Positions 40,059-54,624 are shown, numbered from the stretch's first letter. The stretch: DNA of 64,000 bases from Anaeramoeba ignava BMAN (GCA_028826165.1 JAPDFW010000011.1:310001-374000); one strand, 5' to 3'. Notes: generated from the sequence alone by a model not told the origin. Numbers and translations are program-made.

Positions 40059-43000
40059 TTAATCCTTCCATTTTGTTTTTGGATCAGCAAGAGCAGATTG
40101 AATTGCAACTAAATATTTTTCAGCATCTTGAGTAGGAAGAGCTTTTTGAATAATGGGTCGTAAATCATTTAATTTCTGACGATGACGAAGTTTAACAGCA
40201 GCATTAATAGCAACATAAAACAATTTATAATGAACAGCAATTTTGAATCTACTTTCATCATTTTCAATTTCTGAAGCAAAAAATTCAAGAACATCTTGAG
40301 GAGCACGATTCACAGCAGCAACAAAGACAAAGGGTTCGAATCCAATCGGTGATTTAAGTTTGGATTTAAATCTTGTTTTTTTTGGTATTTTCTTTAAAAT
40401 ATCCCAGTTTCTTTGTTCTGCTTTTGCGTGAAGTTGAATCCATGTTGATCTTTTACTTGGAACATCAAATCTTTTGCATAAATTTTTCCAATCAAATTGT
40501 TTCTTTTCTCCATAATGATATAAACTGCAATAATGTAAAGTTCGATTAACTGATGAAAATGTGATTCTTGGTTTTCTAAAAAATTAAAAAACGAAAATCG
40601 GATAATTTTATAAATAATTTTGTAAATAATTTTATAAATAATTTTATAAATAATTTTATAAATAATTTTATAAATAATTTTATAAATAATTTTATATTTA
40701 ATTTTATAATTAATTTTATAATTAATTTTATAAATAATTTTATAAATAATTTAATATATAATTTTATAATTAATTTTATAATTAATTTTATAAATAATTT
40801 AATAAATAAATTTATAAATAATTTTATAATTAATTTTATAATTAATTTTATATTTAATTTTATATTTAATTTTATAAATAATTTTATAATTAATTTTATA
40901 AATAATTTTATAAATAATTTTATATTTAATTTTATAAATAATTTTATATTTAATTTTATAAATAATTTTATAAATAATTTTATAAATAATTTTATAAATA
41001 ATTTTATAAATAATTTTATAAATAATTTTATATTTAATTTTATAAATAATTTTGTAAATAATTTTGTATTTAATTTTATAAATAATTTTATAAATAATTT
41101 TATATTTAATTTTGTAAATAATTTTGTATTTAATTTTATAAATAATTTTATAAATAATTTTATAAATAATTTTTTGTAAATAATTTTATAAATAATTTTA
41201 TAAATAATTTTATAAATAATTTTATAAATAATTTTATAAATAATTTTATAAATAATTTTATAAATAATTTTATAAATAATTTTATAAATAATTTTATATT
41301 TAATTTTGTAAATAATTTTGTATTTAATTTTATAAATAATTTTATAAATAATTTTATAAATAATTTTGTAAATAATTTTATAAATAATTTTATAAATAAT
41401 TTTGTAAATAATTTTATAAATAATTTTATATTTAATTTTATAAATAATTTAATAATTAATTTTATATTTAATTTTATATTTAATTTTATAATTAATTTTA
41501 TATATAATTTTATAATTAATTTTATATATAATTTTATAATTTAATTTTATAATTAATTTTATATTTAATTTTATAAATAATTTTATAAATAATTTTATAA
41601 ATAATTTTATAAATAATTTTATATTTAATTTTATAATTAATTTTATAATTAATTTTATAAATAATTTTATAAATAATTTAATATAATTTTATAATTAATT
41701 TTATAATTAATTTTATAAATAATTTAATAAATAAATTTATAAATAATTTTATATTTAATTTAATAAATAATTTAATAAATAATTTTATAAATGATTTTAT
41801 AAACAATTTTATAAATAATTTTATAAATAATTTTATAAATGATTTTTATAATTAATTTTGTATATAATTTTATAATTAATTTTATAAATAATTTTATAAA
41901 TAATTTTATAAATAATTTTATAATTAATTTTATCAATAATTTTATAAATAATTTTATAATTAATTTTATAAATGATTTTATAATTAATTTTATAAATAAT
42001 TTTATATTTAATTTTATAATTAATTTTATAAATGAATTTTATAAATAATTTTATAAATAATTTTATAAATAATTTCATAATTAATTTTATAAATAATTTT
42101 ATAATTAATTTTATAAATAATTTAATAAATAATTTTATAAATAATTTTATAAATAATTTTATAAATAATTTTATAAATAATTTTGTAAATTAAAAATACC
42201 TTGGAAGATTTCTTATAAGTGGACTTTTTGAATTTGCATCTTCCATATCAATTGAAGATTGAATCTTAATTAAATCAATTTGATCTTTAATTTGATTTGG
42301 ATAAAAATTTGAACTTATAGAGAATTTATCTTTGTGTTCAACACAATAATCAAAAATACCTTCTAAATGAAGGATTCTTGCTTTTGGATCATTTACTGCA
42401 AATGATCTTTTGTAACGAAGTAATATATATTCTTCATGCATTTTTAATGATTTATAAAGTTTTGTTAAAATATCAATTTCATATTTTGTTGTTAAATAAT
42501 TAATATATAATTGCAATCCATCTCGATATTCAGGTTTTCCAATAATTTGAAAGAAAAGTTTTTGTTTCAAAGTTTTCTAAAAAATATTTAATTTAAATAT
42601 TTAATTTAAATATTTGATTTAAATATTAGATTTAAATATTAATTTAAATATTGATTTAAATATTTAATTTAAATATTGATTTAAATATTGATTTAAATAT
42701 TGATTTAAATATTTGATTTAAATATTGATTTAAATATTAATTTAAATATTGATTTAAATATTTGATTTAAATATTGATTTAAATATTAATTTAAATATTA
42801 ATTTAAATATTTGATTTAAATATTAGATTTAAATATTGATTTAAATATTGATATAAATATTGATATAAATATTAATTTAAATATTAATTTAAATATTAAT
42901 TTAAATATTAATTTAAATATTAATTTAAATATTGATTTAAATATTTATTTAAATATTGATTTAAATATTGATTTAAATATTTGATTTAAATATTTGATTT

Positions 43001-44145
43001 AAATATTTAATTTAAATATTGATTTAAATATTAATTTAAATATTTAAATATTTGATTTAAATATTGATTTAAATATTGATTTAAAATTAATTTAAATATT
43101 TGATTTAAATATTAATTTAAATATTTGATTTAAATATTTGATTTAAATATTTGATTTAAATATTAATTTAAATATTTGATTTAAATATTAATTTAAATAT
43201 TTGATTTAAATATTTGATTTAAATATTGATTTAAATATTGATTTAAATATTTGATTTAAATATTAGATTTAAATATTGATTTAAATATTAATTTAAATAT
43301 TTATTTAAATTTTGATTTATTTGATTTAAGTAATTAATTTAAATATTGATTTAAATATTTGATTTAAATTTTGTTTTAAAAATTGTTTTAAATACTTGAA
43401 TAAATAATAAAACTGTCATAATAGCATTAAAATCATGAGATTGAATGGCATATTTCATCAATTCATCTTTCTGAGTTAAAGATTTGCATTGAGTTAAATC
43501 ACAAGGAATATGCTTAACAAGAAAGTAAACAATTTGTTCTGGAGAAAGAACACCAACAACCTTTTCATTAGACAACTTTTCCTTTTTCAATTTAGCAATC
43601 TCAAGCCTAAGAGAATAAATTTCATCATCACGTTTTTTAATTTCTTCTCTCAAAACAATATTTTCTGCATTTTTTGAATTTGAAGTTGAATATTTAGTTG
43701 AATCAAAAGAAATGTTGCTATTCATAGATTCCTTATCAGACACTTTTTTGGGAGTGAAATCTTTTGATTCGTTGTTAGGACTTGATTTAGATGAATCTTG
43801 TAGTTTTCTTGATGATTTTTTCCTTTTGTTTTCTTTATTTGAAGTTGTTTTCACTGTTTCTTGTTGTTTTGTTTCTTCTAAAATTTCTTTATTTCTTTCC
43901 CATTGATTTTCTTTTTGCTTTTTCTTTTCTTCTTGAAAAATGGGATTTTCAAAAGGTAATGATTCTATATTTTCATCTTCTGATTCTGGATTTGATTCAT
44001 AATTTTGATCTCCAAATTGTTGTTTTTTTCGTTTTTCTTCAGTGTCTTCATTTTTTGCAAATGGATCTTCTGGAATTTCAAACATTGAAGAAAAAGTGTG
44101 TTCAAGCATTTTTTCTTTCTTTTTTTTTCCCCAACCGAATTTCAT
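40059..44145 (-). CDS. VIPAS39/SPE-39 (VPS16B)-like tethering subunit
   Basis: Exons 43396-44145, 42200-42576, 40059-40575. Motifs CDLTQCKSLTQKDELM.YAI.SHDFNAIMTVLLFIQKTL, TLHYCSLYHYGE, KRFDVP, KSPIGFEPFV resemble VIPAS39. Confidence 0.72.
40576..42199. repeat. Intron filled with 12-bp repeat (TTTTATAAATAA)
   Basis: Direct inspection; GT-AG bounded on the minus strand. Confidence 0.93.
42577..43395. repeat. Intron filled with 12-13-bp repeat (GATTTAAATATT[T])
   Basis: Direct inspection; GT-AG bounded on the minus strand. Confidence 0.9.
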
Positions 44146-44284
44146 TTTTGCTTTTATATTTTTTAAAATGAAAAAAATGAAAAAAATGAAAAAAATTTCT
44201 TTTATTTTTTTTTTTGGATTTTGATTTTAAAAAAATTAAAGAAAATTAAAAAAATTCTTATTCTTTTGCTTCGTTTTGCAAAAT

Positions 44285-45771
44285 TTAATTTGAAATTTCC
44301 CTCAAATGTTCCAAAATCAAATCAATAAGATCAGAATAACTAGTTTCATGCTGTAAAATTTGAAGAATTCCTTCGGGAAACTTTGTGCCGATAAGATATT
44401 CTTCAACCAAATAAAGTTTATAAAAGTCTTGATTAGCAGGAATTAAAAGTTGATTTGTTTTATTCAAAAATTGATTGATTTTCATGATATTTTCGCGAAT
44501 ATTCTTTCTTATCAAGAAATTATTCATCTGAATTTGCTTGAGATTCTGCGCCCACTCTTCACAAAACAGGCTCTTGATATGAAGATTTTCTTTGATAATT
44601 TCTGCTTTTGAATTTTCGTTGATTTTCAAAATTAAATCCTCTTCTTTTTCTTCTTGTTTGGGAACTTGTCTTGCATCAAGAAGACGAATAAACATTGAGA
44701 AATCTTGAATTAATGATTCATCTCCCTCAATCTTGATTTTATTCCCGACAATTCCATGATAAAGGAAAATTGACAGAACGGAAACGTCTTCTTGATTAAT
44801 TAAATAATTTAAACATCTTTTTTGCCAAGTTATAAAATCTTGGAATTGATTGATAATTTTCTCAATAAATTCTTTGCTTGTTTTTCCTTGAATCAATTCT
44901 TCAAATATTATTTTCGAATATTTTTCAACATCTTCAATTAATAAAGAATAATCATAATCAACTTGTTCGTTTCCTACTTCCTTTAACAAAATCACAATTA
45001 CAATTCCTTTTTTATTCACAATTTGTTGTTTATTTTCTTTTTCAACTTCTTTTTCTTGATTTTCTTGGCTCTTTTCTTGAACCTCTTGTTCTTGTTGTAA
45101 ATTTGTTTTTGTTCGTGAACTTTTTCTTGATGTTCCTCTTTGTTTTCGGTTTCTTTCCTCTCTATGTGGCTTTTTTGTCTTAGTTTTGGAGTTATGTTGT
45201 TCCGAATCATCCTTTTTCACCATCCTTTTTTTCAATTTTTTTTCATCAATTTTTTCCTTTTCAATTTTTTTTTCATCAATTTTTTCCTTTTCAATTTTTC
45301 CTTTTTCTTTTCAATTTTTTCATCTTTTTTTTCTTCAACTTTTTTCTCTTCAATTTTCTCTTCATCTTTTTCTTCTTCATCTTTTTTCTTTTCATCTTTT
45401 TTCTCTTCATCTTTTTTTTCTTCATCTTTTTTTTCTTCATCTTTTTTTTCTTCAATTTTTTCTTCTATTTTTTCTTCAACTTTTTCTTCTATTTTTTCTT
45501 CAACTTTATTTTGAGTTGTATTTTCATCTGGAGATGTTTTGGATTCTTCTTGAGGCGCCGGTTTTAATGTAGCATCTTCATATAAAGTTATTAAATATAC
45601 TTTTTTCTCTTGTTTTTCTATCTTGCATGTTTGTGTAATTAAACTGTTTCTTGTCTTTTTTAAAATTGTTTTTGTTTCTTCAATTTCATTTTCTTCAAAA
45701 TTTGTTGAAATTAATTCAATATTTTCATTTAATTCAAATGTAGAAAATTTAATTTCATGAGTTGATTCCAT
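44285..45771 (-). CDS. Hypothetical protein with EEKKD repeats (apparent homopolymer frameshift)
   Basis: ORFs 45232..45771 and 44285..45235 join if an A-run near 45295 is one base longer, as in neighbouring repeat copies. No family recognised. Confidence 0.6.
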
Positions 45772-46056
45772 TTGTTTTTAATTTTAAAAATGAAAAAAAT
45801 GAAAAAAATGAAAAAAAATGAAAAAAATAAAAAGAAGAAAAATAAAAAAAGGAGAAAAAAATATTTTTATTTATTTTTATTTTTTTATTATTTACCGTTA
45901 ATTCTCCTTTTTTTAATTTAAATTAAAAATTAAAAATACATTTTAAAAGAATTTCCAAAAAATTTTTTTTCACTTTTTCCCTCTTTTCTTTCTTTTTATT
46001 TATTAAATAATTCAATTTAAATTCCTTTTCATTTTAATCAAAAAAAAAACAAAATT

Positions 46057-46946
46057 ATGCAAACCGATATAAATCAAAATGATTCTCTTCTTGAAAATTC
46101 AATTAATCCAATTGATTCAATTCAAGAAAAAATTTTTCTCATTGTAAAAAAAAACAAATAAATTTAATAATAAATTCAAATTTAAATAATAATTTTTTTA
46201 AATTGTTTTTGTTTTAGTATCAAAAATGTGAAAAATTACAAGAATTTGTTACTACAAAATTAATTACAAAAATCCAAAAACTTTCAAAAGGCAAAATTCA
46301 ATTAGAAAAAACGTTAAGAAAAAATAATATTATCCATTTAATTGATAAAAAGTCAAATATTAATAAACAATTTGCAAAAGTGGATCAAATTTTCACAGAG
46401 ACTCAAAATCAAATTTCAGAATTACAGAAAATTTTAGTTCAAACTGAAAAAAAAAATCCTTTTAATTTTTGTAGAAAAAAACTTAATTTTACAAAAGTGG
46501 AACAAAATCTTTCCGAAATGAATCTAAAAAAAGAACAGTCTTTTGATAAGGATGAAGTGGATGAAATTTTCTTTGAATATTATCAAAAAAGCATTCAAAT
46601 ACAATTTGATTATAAAATGATGACACAGAATAAAGTTTTAATTGAAAAAAATATCAAGAAAATCGCATTTGTATTGAAACAAATTCATTCAAAATATCTC
46701 CAATTTATTAAAGAAAACCCATCCTTTAAACAACAAAATCAAACCCAAGAAACCCTTTCAGATCGAATTACTAATCAAGAACCTAAAATAATTCATCGGA
46801 AAAAACTGGAATCAATTGAAATTAATTTGATTCAAACAAGAAGTGAATTTGATAAATCTTCTTTAAATTTCAAAAAGAAAATTTATCCAAAAAGTCCACT
46901 TAGATTTGAATCAAAAATCAATCAAAATGATTCAGGAGTGAATTAA
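46057..46946 (+). CDS. Hypothetical coiled-coil protein
   Basis: ATG 46057 (MQTDINQND...), probable introns ~46144-46217 and ~46312-46380, then ORF 46380..46946. Confidence 0.55.
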
Positions 46947-47246
46947 AAGAAAAAATTTGAAACAATTTTTATTCCACTTTTTTTTTTCTTTAATCAAAAT
47001 AAAAATATTTGAATTAATTTTTTGTTTTGTTTTTATTCCTCCAAATATGAAAAAAAGTAAAGAAAAAAAAAATGTTTTTGTTTGAATGAATTAAAAAAAA
47101 AGAAAGAAAAAGAAAGTGAAAAAAAAAGTATTTTTTTCTTGCGTTTTAAGAATTTTGTTTGTTGATTTTTTTTGACAACAAACTTTTGAATTTTTCGTTT
47201 TTATCAACGCAAAAAAAAAAAAAAAGAAATTTGAATTTAAAAATGA

Positions 47247-49104
47247 TTAAAAGAAAGAGCAGAAGAAAATGAGGACAAGCTAATTTAAATTTTAATATAA
47301 ATTTTTAAATTATTTATTAATTTATTTATTAATATATTTATTAAATTATTTATTAAATTATTTATTAATTTATTTATTAATTTATTTATTAAATTATTTA
47401 TTAAATTATTTATTAATTTATTTATTAAATTATTTATTAGTTTATTTATTAAATTATTTATTAATTTATTTATTAAATTATTTATTAATTTATTTATTAA
47501 TTTATTTATTAAATTATTTATTAATTTATTTATTAATTTATTTATTAAATTATTTATTAAATTATTTATTAAATTATTTATTAATTTATTTATTAATTTA
47601 TTTATTAATTTATTTATTAAATTTATTTATTAATTTATTTATTAAATTTATTTATTAAAATTATTTATATTAATTTTATTTATTTATTAATTTATTTATT
47701 AATTTATTTATTAATTTATTAATTTATTTATTAATTTATTTATTAAATTTATTTATTAAATTATTTATTAATTTATTTATTAATTTATTTATTAATTTAT
47801 TTATTAAATTTATTTATTAATTTATTTATTAAATTATTTATTAATTTATTTATTAAATTATTTATTAATTTATTTATTAATTTATTTATAAATTTATTTA
47901 TTAATTTATTTATTAATTTATTAATTTATTTATTAATTTATTTATTAATTTATTTATTAATTTATTTATTAATTTATTTATTAATTTATTTATTAAATTT
48001 ATTTATTAATTTATTTATTAATTTATTTATTAATTTATTTATTAATTTATTTATTAATTTATTTATTAATTTATTTATTAATTTATTTATTAATTTATTT
48101 ATTAATTTATTTATTAAATTATTTATTAATTTATTTATTAATTTATTAATTAATTTATTTATTAATTTATTTATTAAATTATTTATTAATTTTATTTATT
48201 AATTTATTTATTAATTTATTTATTAATTTATTTATTAAATTATTTATTAAATTATTTATTAATTATTTATTAAATTATTTATTAATTTATTTATTAATTT
48301 ATTTATTTTATTTATTAATTTATTTATTAATTTATTTATTTAATTTATACCATTTATTTAGTTTTATTTATTAATTTGTTTATTAATTTATTTTTAAATT
48401 ATTTATTAATTTATTTATTAATTTATTAATTAATTTATTTATTAATTTATTTATTTATTTATTAATTTATTTTATTAAATTATTTATTAAATTATTTATT
48501 AAATTATTTATTAATTTATTTATTAATTTATTTATAAATTGCTAATTTTATTTATTAATTTATTTATTAATTTATATTTTATTAATTTATTTATTCAATT
48601 ATTTATTAATTTATTTAATTAATTTATTTTTAATTTTTATTTATTTTTTATTTTTAATTTATTTATTAATTTATAATTTTATTTATTAAATTTTGTTTAA
48701 ATTTTATTTTTAAATTTTTAATATTTATTAATTTATTTATTAATTTATTATTAATAATTTTTAAATTTATTAAAATTTTTTAATTTATTTAAAATTTTTT
48801 TATTTATTAATTTATTTATTAATTAATTTATTTAATTTATTTATTAAATTATTTATTAATTTATTTATTAATTTATTTATTAATTTATTTATTAAATTAT
48901 TTATTAAATTTATTTATTAAATTATTTATTAATTTATTTATTAAATTATTTATTAAATTATTTATTAATTTATTTATTAAATTATTTATTAATTTATTTA
49001 TTAATTTATTTATTAATTTATTTATTAATTTATTAATTTAATTATTTATTAATTTATTTATTAATTTATTTATTAATTTATTTATTAATTTATTTATTAT
49101 TAAT

Positions 49105-49139
<35 letters not shown>

Positions 49140-49651
49140 TTAATTAATACCATTCCACCAAGTTGAAATAATGAACCAGCAGTATAAGTTCTACTTTTAT
49201 TCATACATTCACCACCAGGATAGAGAGTAGGACCTATACAATAACCTGTATAAATTGCATTAATACCTTCAAGAAGTAAAATAGAGCCTAGAACTGAAAA
49301 ACCAGCAACAAAAATTTTTCCTCTATGACCGAATCTTCTTAAAATTTGAAGGAGAAAAGTAACAACAGAGATTCCCAAAACAAAGAAAGTTGTTACAAAC
49401 CAAAGACCTAATGTTTTTTGTGTTTGCTTTTCAAAGGAACCAAGTGCTCCAATCGCAAAGAAAAATCCAAACTATATTGGAAATTTTTTTTGTTTTAATT
49501 TTTTTTTGTTTTAATTTTTTTTGTTTTAATTTTTTTTGTTTTAATTTTTTTTGTTTTAATTTTTTTTGTTTTAATTTTTTTTGTTTTAATTTTTTTTTTG
49601 TTTTACTCCATTAGCAACATGAGCTGCAAGAGGAATAATTTGTTCAATCAT
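47247..49651 (-). CDS. Small four-transmembrane protein (132 aa), LCI1/Sho1-TM-like
   Basis: Exons 49607-49651, 49151-49471, 47247-47279, all joined by phase-0 GT-AG introns; four hydrophobic segments. Confidence 0.75.
47280..49150. repeat. Intron filled with 12-bp repeat (TTAATTTATTTA)
   Basis: Direct inspection; 1.87 kb. Confidence 0.93.
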
Positions 49652-49789
49652 TTTAAAATCTTAAAAAGAATTTGTAAAAAAAAAAAATTTTTTTTAAAAA
49701 GAAAAGAAAAATGAAAAAAAAAAATGAAAAAAAAAAAAACAATTTTTTCTTCTTTTTTAAAATCAACTTTATTTCCAATTTCTCTTCAA

Positions 49790-51050
49790 TATTTAATTTA
49801 AATATTTGGATATTTATTTAAATATTGATTTAAATATTGATTTAAATATTGATTTAAATATTTGATTTAAATATTTGATTTGAATATTTGATTTAAATAT
49901 TTAATTTAAATATTTGATTTAATTATTTAATTTAAATATTTAATTTAAATATTTGATTTAATTATTTGATTTAAATATTTAATTTAAATATTTGATTTAA
50001 ATATTTGGATATTTATTTAAATAATGATTTGGATATTTATTTGAATATTTGATTTAAATATTTGGATATTTATTTAAATATTTAATTTGAATATTTGATT
50101 TAAATATTTGGATATTAATTTAAATATTTAATTTTAAATATTTGATTTAAATATTTGATTTAAATATTGATTTAATTATTTGATTTAAATATTTGATTTG
50201 ATTATTTGATTTAAATATTTGATTTAAATATTTGATTTAAATATTGATTTAAATATTGATTTAAATATTTGATATAAATATTTGATTTAAATATTTGAAT
50301 CAAATATTTGATTTAAATATTTGAATCAAATATTTGATTTTAAATATTTGAATCAAATATTTGATTTAAATATTGATTTGAATATTTGATTTAAATACTT
50401 GATTTAAATATTTGATTTAAATATTGATTTAAATATTTGATTTAAATATTTGATTTAAATATTTGATTTAAATATTTGATTTAAATATTTGATTTAAATA
50501 TTTATTTAAGTATTTGGTTTAAATATTTGATTTAATTATTTGGATATTTATTTGATTTAAATATTTGGATATTTATTTAATTATTTGATTTAAATATTTG
50601 ATTTAAATATTTGGATATTTGGATATTTATTTGATTTGGATATTGATTTGAATATTTGATTTAATTATTTTTATTTTAAATATTTGATTTATTTGATTTA
50701 ATTAAATTTGAATATTGATTTAAATATTTGATTTAAATATTTGATTTAAATATTGATTTAATTATTTGATTTAAATATTTATTTAAGTATTGATTTAAAT
50801 ATTTGATTTAAATATTTGATTTAAATATTTGATTTAAATATTTGATTTAAATATTTGGATATTTATTTGATTTAAATATTTGATTTAAATATTTGATTTA
50901 AATATTTAATTTAAATATTTGGATATTTATTTGATTTAAATATTTGATTTAAATATTTGATTTAAATATTTGATTTAAATATTTGGGTATTGATTTGAAT
51001 ATTTGATTTATTTAAATTTGATTTAATTATATATTTTGGATATTTATTTA
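49790..51050. repeat. 13-bp tandem repeat (GATTTAAATATTT), intergenic or 3' flank of the GPCR
   Basis: Direct inspection. Confidence 0.9.
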
Positions 51051-51121
51051 AAAAATGTCATTTCAATTTCCAAACAAATTGGAAACAAAAAGAAAAGAAA
51101 AGAAAAGAAAACAAATTTTCT

Positions 51122-52643
51122 TTAATCATTTTCAGTATCAAATTCATCAGAAAAATAAGATTCCCTAACTAAAGGAATAACAAGTGAACGATCTTGATTT
51201 TTTCGACAACATTTAAAAAGTGAATCAATAATTTTTTTACGAACAATTCGAACAAAGAAAACAAAAATAAAACAATCAAAAATTCCTTGACTTGGCAAAA
51301 AAAGTGCTTGAAGAACATCAAGAATTTTTAAATCACTTGCATTTGGTTGAAAATAATCTCTTGCTCTTTTAATTGATGATGGAATTGATGTTAAAATATA
51401 AACAATTGGAATAAGTGTCATTCTTAATTGTATTTTAAGTTTTTCTTTTTTTCTTAGTTTTTCCATTTGAGATGCTATTTTCATTATTGCTTTATATGCT
51501 TGTCTTATTTTAATTAAGCAAAGGATATAAAATATTAAAATAACTAATAGAAAAAACCACCAAATACAATAGATTCCAAATAGAAGATTTGCTTCCTTTT
51601 CAAAGCACCTTTTTTTTATTTTAAATATTTTATTTAAATATTTGATTTGAATATTGATTTATTTAATTTTAATATTTGATTTAAATATTTTATTTAAATA
51701 TTGATTTAAATATTTGATTTATTTGATTTAATTATTTGATTTGAATATTTAATTTTGAATATTTGATTTGAATATTTGATTTGAATATTTGATTTGAATA
51801 TTTGATTTGAATATTTGATTTAAATATTTAATTTGAATATTTATTTAATTTAAATATTTAATTTGAATATTTAATTTAAATATTTGATTTAATTATTTAA
51901 TTTAAATATTTGATTTAAATATTTGATTTGAATATTTATTTAATTTAAATATTTTATTTGAATATTTGATTTAAATATTTGATTTTGAATATTTGATTTG
52001 AATATTGGATTTAAATATTTGATTTGAATATTTAATTTTGAATATTTGATTTAAACATTTGGATATTGATTTATTTGATTTAGATATTTAAATTAAATAT
52101 TTGATTTGAATATTTGATTTATTTGATTTGAATATTTGATTTAAATATTTGATTTTGAATATTTGATTTATTTAATTTGAATATTTTATTTAAATATTTA
52201 ATTTAATCAAAAAATAAAACAAACCAATAAGCTTCTTTAACTTCTGGTCGAGAAAAAATAATCCAAATAATACAAATAACAAGAGAAATAAATATAGTAA
52301 AGAAATGAAGCCAACGTTGAATATAATCAACTTTTGAATCAGAAACAGATTTAACAATTTTAAGATAAGTAATAAATGAAATAGTAGCTGTCCAAGAAGG
52401 AGTAGCAGTCATTAAGACAGATCCCCAAACAGTTTGTATCCTGCAGAGTATATGGTTACTAGGACCGTTTATCAAAAATCCAATGGATAAAAGTAGATCG
52501 TAAATAGAAAGTATGAATATTAATTTTCGAAAAAAATTCCGAATTGAAGGATAAGCAATATGAACTATCATGATTACTAAAGATCCAAAAAGTCCTAATG
52601 TTCCCCCAATTATTGCTGGTAATACTTCTCTTCCATGTGCCAT
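51122..52643 (-). CDS. G protein-coupled receptor, cAMP-receptor-like/GPR157/Git3 family
   Basis: Exons 52225-52643 and 51122-51608. Motifs LGLFGSLVI, RKLIFILSIYDLL, LCRIQ, SWTATISF, YW|C, RMTLIPIVYILTSIPSSIKR, PSQGIFDCFIF; 7 TM segments. Confidence 0.88.
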
Positions 52644-52930
52644 TGAGTTTGGTTTTGTGATTAATTTAATTATTTTTTTTTTATTAATTAATAAAAATTA
52701 AATCAAGTTAAATTAACAAATTAAAAAGAAAAAAGAAAAAAGAAAAAAGAAAAATGAAAAAAATAATTTGGTTTTGAAAAAAGTTTTGTTCGGTTTTTTA
52801 TTTTGTTTTTTGTAATTCTTCTCTTTTCTTTTTGTTTTATTTTTTATCTTTTTAATCTTAAATCTTTTTTTTTTGTTTTTTTTTGTGTTTGAAAAAATTT
52901 TTTTTGTTTTTAGGAAAGTGAAAAAAAAAT

Positions 52931-54510
52931 TTAATTTTCTGTTAATTCTCCTGATGCAACAATTTTGCATTCTTTCAAAGGTTTTCCTGATCCAGTTCCT
53001 TGTTTTTCAATTTTTTCAACAACCTAATTTTTAATTTTAATTTTAATTTTAATTTTAATTTTGATTTAATTTTTATAATGATTTTAATTTTAATTTTTAA
53101 TTTTAATTTTAATTTTAATTTTAATTTTGATTTTAATTTTAATTTTAATTTTAATTTTTATTTTAATTTTAATTTTTGATTTTAATTTTAATTTTAATTT
53201 TAATTTTGATTTTAATTTTGATTTTAATTTTAATTTTGATTTTAATTTTGATTTTAATTTTAATTTTAATTTTAATTTTAATTTTAATTTTTAATTTTTG
53301 ATTTTTAATTTTAATTTTAATTTTAATTTTAATTTTTAATTTTAATTTTGATTTTCATTTTAATTTTAATTTTAATTTTAATTTTGATTTTTAATTTTGA
53401 ATTTTAATTTTAATTTTATTTTTAATTATAATTTTGATATTAATTTTAATTTTAATTTTAATTTTAATTTTAATTATAATTTTGATATTAATTTTAATTT
53501 TAATTTGAATTTTTAATTTTGATTTTAATTTTAATTTTAATTTTATAAATGAATTTTAATTTTAAAAATAACTACATCATAACCACTAATAACTTGACCA
53601 AAAACAACATGTTTTCCATCTAACCAAGGGGTTTTAACTGTAGTAATAAAGAATTGAGAGCCATTAGTATTTACACCAGCATTAGCCATTGATAATAAAC
53701 CAGGTTTAGTATGTTTAACTTTAAAGTTTTCATCATTAAATTTTCCACCATAAATACTTTCACCACCTCTTCCATCTCCCATAGTTATATCACCTCCTTG
53801 AACCATAAATTGTGGAATGATTCGGTGAAATTTAGACCCTTTATAATGGAGTGGCTTTCCTGATTGTCCAACTCCTTTCTCTCCTGTGCATAATGCTCGG
53901 AAATTCTCGGCTGTTTTGGGTACTATGTCACTGAATAATTCAAATACTATTCTTCCTGCTGATTCTCCATCAATTTCTACATCAAAAAATACTTTTGGAT
54001 TGTTATTTTTCTTCTTTTTCTTTTTGGCTTCTACTGACTAAATTAAATTAAATCAAATCAAATAAAATCAAATCAAATTAAATTAAATTAAATTAAATTA
54101 AATTAAATCTATTAATTAAATTAAATTAAATTAAATTAAATTAAATTAAATTAAATTAAATTAAATTAAATTAAATTAAATTAAATTAAATTAAATCAAA
54201 TTAAATTAAATCTATTAACTAAATCAAATTAAATTAAATCTATAAATTAAATTAAATCTATAAATTAAATTAAATCTATAAATTAAATTAAATTAAATTA
54301 ATAAATTAAATCAATAAAACTTACACTAAGAAGAAGAATTGAAATGACTTGTGGTTATTTGTATCATTAAATAAATAAATAAATGTATAAATAAATTGAT
54401 AATTTGGAATAATTTTTAAAAGAGTTTATTTTTTGTTTTTTTGTTGTTTTTTTTTTGTTGTTTTAAAATATTAAAAACTTACATAATACTAACCAGATTG
54501 ATAATTTCAT
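52931..54510 (-). CDS. Cyclophilin-type peptidyl-prolyl cis-trans isomerase with signal peptide (CypB-like)
   Basis: [21 protein letters not shown] signal spread over small exons, then [57 protein letters not shown]. Confidence 0.95.
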
Positions 54511-54624
54511 TTTCAAATAAATTGTTTTCTGTTTGTTTTTCTTTTTCTTTTTTTTTTGGAAAAGGAAAAAAATGAAAATGGAAAAAAGAAAAAAAAATTT
54601 TTTTGATAAACTTTTTATTAATTT

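Noticed and set aside
1-44145. Functional cluster of Ras/Rab/phosphoinositide/trafficking genes
   Set aside because: Mixed orientations, unrelated genes interspersed, and these families are typically expanded in amoeboid protists; no evidence of selection for clustering.
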